Shown piece after piece: positions 28,546 to 35,283 of a DNA stretch of 35,351 nt; position 1 is the stretch's first letter, and each line of letters starts with the position of its first letter. The position numbers were made by a program, and so were the translations under genes. This stretch comes from a virus (lineage: Duplodnaviria > Caudoviricetes): positions 1 to 35,351 of IMG/VR virus record IMGVR_UViG_3300020045_002310. One strand, given 5' to 3'. Under the pieces are notes generated by a model. That model worked only from the letters and a program-made list of their open reading frames with translations. It made no database searches and was not told where the DNA came from.

Positions 28546-28902
28546 TTATTTATATTTAGCTTTTAAATATCTATCTTCAATTAATGCAAATGTATAACCA
28601 TCAAATTCAATTGGATCAATCTTAACTTGAGTTTGTGTCTGATATGCATCTACAGTTTCAGTTTTAACTGGTACCATTAGCTTTTCAATATCAATTAATA
28701 CTTCATCACCTGTGTTAACAGATAATACATTCGAACCAATTCCTACAATATATTGTCTATCTGATAATACATTTTCAGATAATACTAGTCCACCATCTAG
28801 ACCCAAGTTATTTAAAGTTATAATAACTTTACTAAATAATGGTTCTAATGGAAACCTTTTTGCAATTTCTAATGCTTGATCTTGTGTAATATTCTTACTC
28901 AT
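28546..28902 (-). CDS. groES: GroES-like co-chaperonin (Cpn10)
   Basis: LEPLFSKVII, GGLVL mobile-loop-like segment, IVGIG, V.TGDEVL, IEFDG..FALIEDR.L.A match the GroES pattern. Confidence 0.72.
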   Translation of the reverse strand: MSKNITQDQALEIAKRFPLEPLFSKVIITLNNLGLDGGLVLSENVLSDRQYIVGIGSNVLSVNTGDEVLIDIEKLMVPVKTETVDAYQTQTQVKIDPIEFDGYTFALIEDRYLKAKYK

Positions 28903-29197
28903 TTTTAATTTTATTTAATTTATGATATTCTGTGAATCTCTCACTACGTTTTCTATGATTACATAGAACGTTGTATGTACAATAAACTTTACCTATATAC
29001 TTATATATAAAGTTTGTTTTTAAGTTATTAAAATCTTCTTCAGACTCTACTGAGCTTGTATCCATATTTACAATGGTATCTTTAGTAAACTTATATGGTG
29101 AGTTTACAATTTTATTTATAATACCATCTTGTAAGTTATATTTTAAACCAACCCTATGTGTTAACATTTTTACAGCAGTATCATCAATATTATCCAT
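28895..29197 (-). CDS. possible HU/IHF-like DNA-binding protein
   Basis: Two helices then F...YIGKVY strand, loosely HU-like. Confidence 0.45.
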   Translation of the reverse strand: MDNIDDTAVKMLTHRVGLKYNLQDGIINKIVNSPYKFTKDTIVNMDTSSVESEEDFNNLKTNFIYKYIGKVYCTYNVLCNHRKRSERFTEYHKLNKIKNE

Positions 29198-29588
29198 TAT
29201 CTACTATGTTAAAATTAAATATAACTTTAAAAGATTTACTATCTGGTGTTAGATCTGGTATAAACATTGGTGATATCTTACCATCTACAATAATACCTTT
29301 TTTACGTAAACCAGTTATAATATTATGAAGTACGTTATTACTCATCTCTTTATCTTTAAATACTTCATCTTCTCTAATCTTAAGTTTAGTATCATAATCA
29401 AATACCATTTTCCAAAGTATTTTAGAATTAGTAGTATCTTTTTTAAACTGATAATGATAATATAAAAATAAAGCTAGAACTTGTTGCTGTTGATTAGTTA
29501 ATTTATGAAAAGCTCTTGTGATATCTAACCATCTAGTAAATAATTCTTTTAGTTTAATATTTAGTGTTGCTACTTTTTCATTACTCAT
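29190..29588 (-). CDS. possible winged-helix DNA-binding protein
   Basis: LTNQQQQVL...NIITGLRKKGII pattern. Confidence 0.5.
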   Translation of the reverse strand: MSNEKVATLNIKLKELFTRWLDITRAFHKLTNQQQQVLALFLYYHYQFKKDTTNSKILWKMVFDYDTKLKIREDEVFKDKEMSNNVLHNIITGLRKKGIIVDGKISPMFIPDLTPDSKSFKVIFNFNIVDNG

Positions 29589-29718
29589 TGTCTAATTTTT
29601 TAATAAATATTATACCAAATATTATGATTATAAATATTATTGATAATCCTATAATATCAGTTAATCCAAACGAACCATCATGACTATGATGATGTCGTAA
29701 ATATAATAATCTATTCAT
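29581..29718 (-). CDS. small His-rich single-TM protein (45 aa)
   Basis: Read manually: MNRLLYLRHHHSHDGSFGLTDIIGLSIIFIIIIFGIIFIKKLDNE; overlaps both neighbours by 8 nt. Confidence 0.55.
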   Translation of the reverse strand: MNRLLYLRHHHSHDGSFGLTDIIGLSIIFIIIIFGIIFIKKLDNE

Positions 29719-30055
29719 CTGTCTTAGATGTAGAAGTATTATAATCGTATATGTTTTTATATTCTATAGTATCATTAACGCTTCCACATTTCATACATAT
29801 ATCATTATCTATTTCATCATTTAGTATGTGTAAACTTTTACAATGCTTACACGCTACAACTGGTTCTTTATCATAGTTTGATTTATCATTCTCCATAATT
29901 TTTATTTTTTTAATAATAAGTGATACATGTTCAGTATCATAAACTGGAAATGGAGCCATTAAATTATAATACTCCATATGTTCCAGCTGTTTCTTTAATT
30001 TATTTAACACTATTGTTTTCATTAGTAATTGTTGTTGTAGACTGCCAACCTTCAT
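29711..30055 (-). CDS. zinc-ribbon protein (start uncertain)
   Basis: CKHC...CMKC motifs at C-terminus. Confidence 0.65.
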   Translation of the reverse strand: MKVGSLQQQLLMKTIVLNKLKKQLEHMEYYNLMAPFPVYDTEHVSLIIKKIKIMENDKSNYDKEPVVACKHCKSLHILNDEIDNDICMKCGSVNDTIEYKNIYDYNTSTSKTDE

Positions 30056-30470
30056 CTATAGGTTTGATAACAACGTCATACTTATATAGTATAGAGCTAG
30101 TGGTAGCAAACTTAGTCATCATATTAATAAACTCTTCTAGTTCTTTAAGAAGAGTAGTTAATTTTTTATGCTCAGCGGTATATGTATTATTCAATTTATT
30201 TGTTATTTTAAAATTTATCCATTCGTCATTATTCATAAAATCTGGAAACCTATCTACATTACAAGTTTGAGATGTGTAAGCTCTTCCAGGAAGATTACAT
30301 CCACATTTCTTACAAGCTCCAGCTTTAACACAATCATCTTTACATATATATAATCTATACTGTACTTGTTCATCTATACATTTGGTAGATAAACCAATGT
30401 TGCTCATTATTTTAGTTATATTACCTTCAAAAAAATTAAATACATTTTGAGGTGTTATATCTTTACTCAT
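30000..30470 (-). CDS. Cys-rich hypothetical protein
   Basis: RL.IC..DC....CKKCGC...C motif. Confidence 0.65.
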   Translation of the reverse strand: MSKDITPQNVFNFFEGNITKIMSNIGLSTKCIDEQVQYRLYICKDDCVKAGACKKCGCNLPGRAYTSQTCNVDRFPDFMNNDEWINFKITNKLNNTYTAEHKKLTTLLKELEEFINMMTKFATTSSILYKYDVVIKPIDEGWQSTTTITNENNSVK

Positions 30471-30717
30471 CTTTAATTTTATTATTTAATTTACCTAATA
30501 CTAATATCTTTTCTAAAGAATCTAGATCTCTACCATAAATTGGTTTAACGTGATCATTAATATTATCATCAGTATATTCTATTGCTTCATCTATATCTAA
30601 TCTATTAGCTATGTCATCCATATCTTTAAGGATTCCGTAGAACCCTTTAAGATGAAGTTTAGTTTTAGTTCTTGCAGCAAGTTTAACTTGTCTTGCTCCG
30701 TTTTTGTATGTACTCAT
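30463..30717 (-). CDS. hypothetical protein
   Basis: 84-aa ORF, overlapping neighbours. Confidence 0.6.
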   Translation of the reverse strand: MSTYKNGARQVKLAARTKTKLHLKGFYGILKDMDDIANRLDIDEAIEYTDDNINDHVKPIYGRDLDSLEKILVLGKLNNKIKDE

Positions 30718-30989
30718 TAAATGGTTGTTTCAGATGCTATTAATGATTGTTCTAATTCAAGTAATTTTTTATATCTATTAGTATCTACTAATACTGCGTC
30801 AAATTTAAAATCAACGTCTGTAGTTGTATTATTAGGATAATCCGATCTGTGTTTAACTAAGTGAGTTAAGTTTCTCACAGCATTGAATAATAATGTTTGT
30901 TTTGCAAATTGTAAAGCATCTTCGCTAACTACACCGTTTGCAGTTGAAAAAGTTTGTGTAAACTTTGTATTGATAATAGTATCAGTCAT
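30717..30989 (-). CDS. hypothetical protein
   Basis: 90-aa ORF, TAATG overlap. Confidence 0.6.
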   Translation of the reverse strand: MTDTIINTKFTQTFSTANGVVSEDALQFAKQTLLFNAVRNLTHLVKHRSDYPNNTTTDVDFKFDAVLVDTNRYKKLLELEQSLIASETTI

Positions 30990-30995
30990 GGTAAT

Positions 30996-31259
30996 TTATT
31001 TAATTGTTATTTTTAAATCGTAGCTATATAAAGCTCTTTCATTCTTATTAATTTTAAACTTTTCTCTAATTTTACCTTCTTTAGTTCCAACATATATTTG
31101 AACCGTAGAGTAGTGCATATTATCTTGAAAAATTCCAACATGTACATCTACAAATCTTTCTTGACTTCTATACTTATGAGTATAATAGTATTGAAGATTA
31201 AGTAAATCTTTTTGATTGTCTAGTAAGTCTTGTCTTATCTCGTTATATATAGAATGCAT
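30996..31259 (-). CDS. hypothetical protein
   Basis: 87-aa ORF right after the promoter at 31280. Confidence 0.6.
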   Translation of the reverse strand: MHSIYNEIRQDLLDNQKDLLNLQYYYTHKYRSQERFVDVHVGIFQDNMHYSTVQIYVGTKEGKIREKFKINKNERALYSYDLKITIK

Positions 31260-31279
31260 ATCTTTATTTATTTATAGTA

Positions 31280-31311
31280 CAAAGGTACGACTTATTTTTG
31301 ACATATCCTAA
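31280..31311 (-). promoter_or_regulatory. promoter TTAGGATATGTCA-N-CGTACCTTTG
   Basis: TAnnTTTG at 31280-31287; near-identical to the 21150 and 32247 sites. Confidence 0.75.
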
Positions 31312-31497
31312 TTTTTTTACATTTATTTTTAAAATTTTTTTCATTTAACCAGTATTTAAAACTTATTCAAGCTTTATCACTATTAATAAGTTCTAATTTA
31401 GATTGAGTCGTTTCCTTCATATATATTTTTTAATAAATTATTAAATCCTAAAGTATTAAAACCTTTACTTGTAATATATCCTTGCTTAGATATATGC

Positions 31498-31701
31498 TTA
31501 CCACTTAATAATACTACGTAATCTTTGTACCATAGTATTTGGTTGTACCACTTTTTGTATTCTTGGTTTATCATATTTTAATTTAAATAGTTCAAAAGTA
31601 TAATCGTGCATTAATTTAGTTCTCTCATAAGATAGTATATCAACTCTCCAGCTAGTATCCCATTTCAACTTTATTAATTCCTTTTCTGTGTAATTTTCCA
31701 T
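31498..31701 (-). CDS. hypothetical protein
   Basis: 67-aa ORF in operon. Confidence 0.5.
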   Translation of the reverse strand: MENYTEKELIKLKWDTSWRVDILSYERTKLMHDYTFELFKLKYDKPRIQKVVQPNTMVQRLRSIIKW

Positions 31702-31704
31702 ATA

Positions 31705-31935
31705 TTATCTAATAGTTAAATTATTGTTAATTTTAGGAATAAATGTACTAGTTTGGTCAAGTATCCATTTCATGTAATCAGCAACTTCAATTTGACCATT
31801 ACTAAATAATGTATTAATCATTGGTCCTAAAGATCTGTTATACTCTAAATTCATTTTTAGTTTAAGATGTTCAAACTCTCGTTCTTGATCTTCTTTTTGA
31901 TAGTGCCAAAGTTTATCCTGTATAGTTTCTTCCAT
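31705..31935 (-). CDS. hypothetical protein
   Basis: 76-aa ORF in operon. Confidence 0.55.
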   Translation of the reverse strand: MEETIQDKLWHYQKEDQEREFEHLKLKMNLEYNRSLGPMINTLFSNGQIEVADYMKWILDQTSTFIPKINNNLTIR

Positions 31936-32113
31936 GAGTTAATTTATTATATTCATCTTCTGTAAATTTGTCTTCGTAATAAATATATTCATCAGTTTTA
32001 TATTTCCATTCACCATCATATATATTGTCATGTTGCACTGATATTTTAATATAAGGTTTTAATGTAATATTATCTCTATATACTTTTGTAATAAATTTTA
32101 TACTATTTTCCAT
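31913..32113 (-). CDS. hypothetical protein
   Basis: 66-aa ORF, first after the promoter at 32247. Confidence 0.55.
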   Translation of the reverse strand: MENSIKFITKVYRDNITLKPYIKISVQHDNIYDGEWKYKTDEYIYYEDKFTEDEYNKLTHGRNYTG

Positions 32114-32246
32114 ATTATTTTAATAGGTAAGTTATTAATTAGCTAAGGGTTTTCCTCTTTAAAACTCCTTTCCCAAATACAGGTAGTTTAACAACTATTA
32201 TCTATGATATAGGACGAAGTAGCTTTTGGTTTTGTTTTAACTTCCA

Positions 32247-32278
32247 CAAAGGTACGATAAATAAATGACAATTCCTAA
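32247..32278 (-). promoter_or_regulatory. promoter TTAGGAATTGTCA-N-CGTACCTTTG
   Basis: TAnnTTTG at 32247-32254, heads the long leftward transcription unit. Confidence 0.75.
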
Positions 32279-32747
32279 TTATTTACTACTTTTTTTTAAA
32301 TTATTTTTGTGAAACAAAAATTTTTAGCTATTTCTTAGTTATATCATAACATTAATAGTTGTGGTAGCTAAGAATTAGCTTAGTAAAATTATGACTTTAT
32401 CTAAGAAACGATAGATATAATAATGAACTTAGAGATTAGTGGTAGAATAATAAAAAATACGTTATTATAAAAGGTAAGTTGTGATAAAATATGACCAATT
32501 ATAATAATATGTGTTGGTTTGATATAAATTTATTGCAAAAAAAATATTTTTTATAAAATTTTTATCGTGAGTGTAGACTAATAAGAAACATCACCCCACT
32601 TTGTTCGAACTTTGGGGATATACCCCTAAGCTTTGTTATAATTGGAATTGTCATTCCACTTTGATAGAGTCTTGGGAATAGTTCTCATAATATTAATCAG
32701 TACTAACGATGTCTTGAATCGACCGTAGTACATAATACACACACATC

Positions 32748-33212
32748 ATGAACAAATTACACATGACAACAGCACCAAGATTGGCTTACTCAAGAAACGC
32801 TAATGGAGAATTGGTTCCATCTATCGACACTGTAAGTGGAGAGCAAGATGTTAATGTAGCAGGTACATTGTTATCAATCAAGCCTCAAGCTATCACTTAC
32901 ACTCGTGCAGACGGGACAGCGGGTGAAGCATACCAAGGTAAATCATCTATTGCTGACAACAACGGTAAAGAAACTACAGTTTCAGTACTTATTAATGGTT
33001 CAGCAATTGAAGAGGTAGCAGTGGGACAAACGTATTGGTTGACTGAGCGTATTAGCAAAGACGGTCAATACAGTAACTACTCTCAAGGTAGTTTATTAGT
33101 TATGGAAGCAGTTGATGCATCTGTAGCTAAAGGTAGACGTGCAATGTTATTGGCTAAGTTAGCTGAAGCAAATGCATTGCCACCAGCTGTAGCTCCTGCT
33201 ATTAATGCATAA
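32748..33212 (+). CDS. hypothetical protein, first gene after the strand switch
   Basis: 154 aa, visibly less AT-rich than flanks, own terminator. Confidence 0.8.
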   Translation: MNKLHMTTAPRLAYSRNANGELVPSIDTVSGEQDVNVAGTLLSIKPQAITYTRADGTAGEAYQGKSSIADNNGKETTVSVLINGSAIEEVAVGQTYWLTERISKDGQYSNYSQGSLLVMEAVDASVAKGRRAMLLAKLAEANALPPAVAPAINA

Positions 33213-33221
33213 TACAAACTA

Positions 33222-33253
33222 AGATGAACCTCTACGGAGGTTCTCTTTTTTTT
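33222..33253 (+). terminator. intrinsic terminator with UNCG tetraloop
   Basis: GAACCTC-TACG-GAGGTTC followed by TCT8. Confidence 0.88.
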
Positions 33254-33291
33254 ATGTATAATTAGAGCTATCACTCAACTTTAGCATAGTT

Positions 33292-33364
33292 TAATTTTCA
33301 ACACTAAGTGAGTTATATTTTATGACCTCTACTTATGATAATTTCCAACACTAAGTTTGTTATA
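33292..33364 (+). repeat. two 26-bp direct repeats (23/26 identical)
   Basis: TAATTTTCAACACTAAGTGAGTTATA (33292-33317) and TAATTTCCAACACTAAGTTTGTTATA (33339-33364). Confidence 0.75.
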
Positions 33365-33506
33365 ACTCGAGAGATGTTAATGATAAGTGTGACACTATAA
33401 TCATCACCCTAATTATCCTCTCATTCAAGCATAACGTAACAAGCTCTCCTTACTATTTAATATAGCATAAACTTAACATTCTAACTAACTAAACACTCTA
33501 CACATT

Positions 33507-33656
33507 ATGGTTAATAAGTATCATTTATACGCATCAAAACAATATAAATCTAGTAAAAGTTACAATAAAATTAGCAGAACATTGCTAGTTCGTGCAATAA
33601 TTATGTTATCATTAGCATTAATATGCACAATGTCGTTACTATTATATACAACATAA
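33507..33656 (+). CDS. small basic protein with C-terminal TM helix (49 aa)
   Basis: Read manually: MVNKYHLYASKQYKSSKSYNKISRTLLVRAIIMLSLALICTMSLLLYTT. Confidence 0.4.
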   Translation: MVNKYHLYASKQYKSSKSYNKISRTLLVRAIIMLSLALICTMSLLLYTT

Positions 33657-33862
33657 TTATGTATTACAAATGCAATTATATCATTATGCTTAGCTTTGAC
33701 TATTCAGTAGATATAAATATGATAGCATAAGAATATATAATTAATTAATAATCTCTCATAAAGTCGCTAAATACTCAATCTACCACTTAACTGTGCTCTA
33801 GAGCTTAATTTGAGGATGAGAGTTTAATAACATATAATAATAAAAAACTTAATAACTTCACA

Positions 33863-34018
33863 AGTCATTGAGTGCACCAGTTTCTTTAATAGCAGTTCCA
33901 CAGTTTAAATACTATGAACATTAGGTTATTATCCTTACGATATTCGTATTGCAGATAATGTAGAAAAACTAACTATTAAAGTTTTAGGTGTAAAATGCAA
34001 ACAAATTATTAACTGACT
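33863..34018 (+). ncRNA. candidate multi-stem structured RNA, family unknown
   Basis: Nested helices AGTCA/TGACT, TGCACC/GGTGTA, CTTTAATAG/CTATTAAAG, ATTATC/GATAAT, TACGA/TCGTA. Confidence 0.55.
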
Positions 34019-34031
34019 AAATAACAAAATT

Positions 34032-34235
34032 ATGAATACGTATCAATATGTAGCTCACATTAATCATAAAGATGATGAAGTTAGAACATTACATCAATAT
34101 AAAGAACATTTTAGTATTGTTGCTAAAGTAACAGTAGAATTTGATGAAGGTAGAAGATTTACTGGTAAAGTTCATGCAAATAATGAACAAGAAGCTAAAA
34201 AATTAATACTAGAATATTTATTATCCAGATATTAA
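34032..34235 (+). CDS. hypothetical protein
   Basis: 67-aa ORF with V.A.NEQEAK motif common in small phage proteins. Confidence 0.65.
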   Translation: MNTYQYVAHINHKDDEVRTLHQYKEHFSIVAKVTVEFDEGRRFTGKVHANNEQEAKKLILEYLLSRY

Positions 34236-34288
34236 CAACACTTTAGTCGGTCAATTACAGATAATGCTGGGTTGACTGGTTATATAAT

Positions 34289-34372
34289 AAAACTCTATCC
34301 AATTGCAGGTAACATAATACAGTCTGTGTAGTTATATCTGGTGTAATTCAAGGTGCAACCTTGTAGAGTTTT
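34289..34372 (+). ncRNA. candidate tRNA-like three-way-junction RNA
   Basis: AAAACTCTA/TAGAGTTTT stem stacked on CAAGG-TGCAA-CCTTG arm, plus AATTGCA/TGTAATT arm. Confidence 0.5.
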
Positions 34373-34518
34373 TTAAAGCTTCAACCTGCTATAAGGTAAG
34401 AGATAGGTAATCATGCTATCTAAATAATAAATATTATGAGTATAGATCTGACATATCTATTAAACCTTTGAAACAAACAGTTAATGAAGTCTCTGTTTAA
34501 AGTAAATCTTATAATATC

Positions 34519-34854
34519 ACTTATACACACCTAGAGAATATTGTGTATAAGTACTAATGTAATCGTTGATAGATTATAGAACGTTGTTAAGACGGGAGTT
34601 CGAATCTCCCCAGCTCCACAAATAGAGTCCGTGTAAAATGTAATTCTATGGTATAGTTAGCCGATATATAAATAACTACAATCGGGGCTGACTGGATTTG
34701 ATTGACAATAAAGTATATAATAAGTAGATTATATTAAACAATAACCGCAAACATTTTTGCAATTAATAATGCGCCAGTTAGACTAGCAGCATAATTACGT
34801 ATTGGAGAACGTTATATCTCACGCTATGTTCACGTAGAGAATATTGGACATAGC
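34519..34854 (+). ncRNA. ssrA: circularly permuted (two-piece) tmRNA
   Basis: 3' acceptor piece (GAC-GGGAG-TTCGAAT-CTCCC-CAGCTCC-A, 34591-34618) precedes 5' piece (GGGGCTG, 34684-34690) giving a 7-bp acceptor stem with G3-U70; P2 pairs 34702-34736 with 34555-34590; tag ORF 34747-34794 ANIFAINNAPVRLAA*. Outer ends are estimates. Confidence 0.93.
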
Positions 34855-34897
34855 TACTAATTAATTATAAACATAACAAACTTAAACATAAACTAAC

Positions 34898-35101
34898 ATG
34901 GGTAAAATACTCCACATTATTATTTCAATACTATTATTAATTTTAACATTAGCAATAGTATTTGAAGCATTTCTTGTATCTGAACAGTTACGTGAAATAC
35001 CTGCTGAAGCAGTTGCATTTACATTAGTATTATCATTATTATATATGATAGCTACACCATATTCATTGTTTAACAAATCATTCTATAAATCATGGAAATA
35101 A
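34898..35101 (+). CDS. small two-TM membrane protein
   Basis: Two hydrophobic helices, A-rich leader. Confidence 0.6.
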   Translation: MGKILHIIISILLLILTLAIVFEAFLVSEQLREIPAEAVAFTLVLSLLYMIATPYSLFNKSFYKSWK

Positions 35102-35283
35102 TTATATTTTATGTTATATCATCATATGTAATTCATATGGGTATGATAGTTAACGACTATGCTTCACCAAAACAAGTACCAACATTAATAAAAGTTTCAC
35201 TATTATTTTCACCATTATCTATATTACTAATATTAGGTATGTTGTTAAGTGATAAAATCAAATATTATGAAAAAAATCTATAA
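35092..35283 (+). CDS. small two-TM membrane protein
   Basis: Hydrophobic ORF overlapping the previous gene. Confidence 0.6.
   Translation: MEIIIFYVISSYVIHMGMIVNDYASPKQVPTLIKVSLLFSPLSILLILGMLLSDKIKYYEKNL

Noticed and set aside
11367-32113. TAG or TGA stop-codon reassignment as in some crAss-like phages
   Set aside because: TerL, portal, MCP and fibre genes are full length under the standard code and coding density is high
33292-33364. Mini CRISPR array
   Set aside because: Only two imperfect copies, a 21-nt gap and no cas genes
33654-33710. Read-through of TAA into a second hydrophobic segment (LCITNAIISLCLALTIQ)
   Set aside because: Short and expected by chance in AT-rich DNA; no domain evidence
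34591-34621. Canonical tRNA gene suggested by the GTTCGAATC T loop
   Set aside because: No upstream acceptor strand, D arm or anticodon arm; the partner strand lies downstream and is followed by a tag ORF, so it is tmRNA
867-35076. Antisense or nested ORFs in the track (e.g. 867-1124, 1564-1806, 4109-4522, 5530-5736, 9440-9664, 18679-18927, 20865-21047, 26205-26408, 29920-30270, 33083-33274, 34882-35076)
   Set aside because: They overlap better-supported genes and have shadow-frame composition
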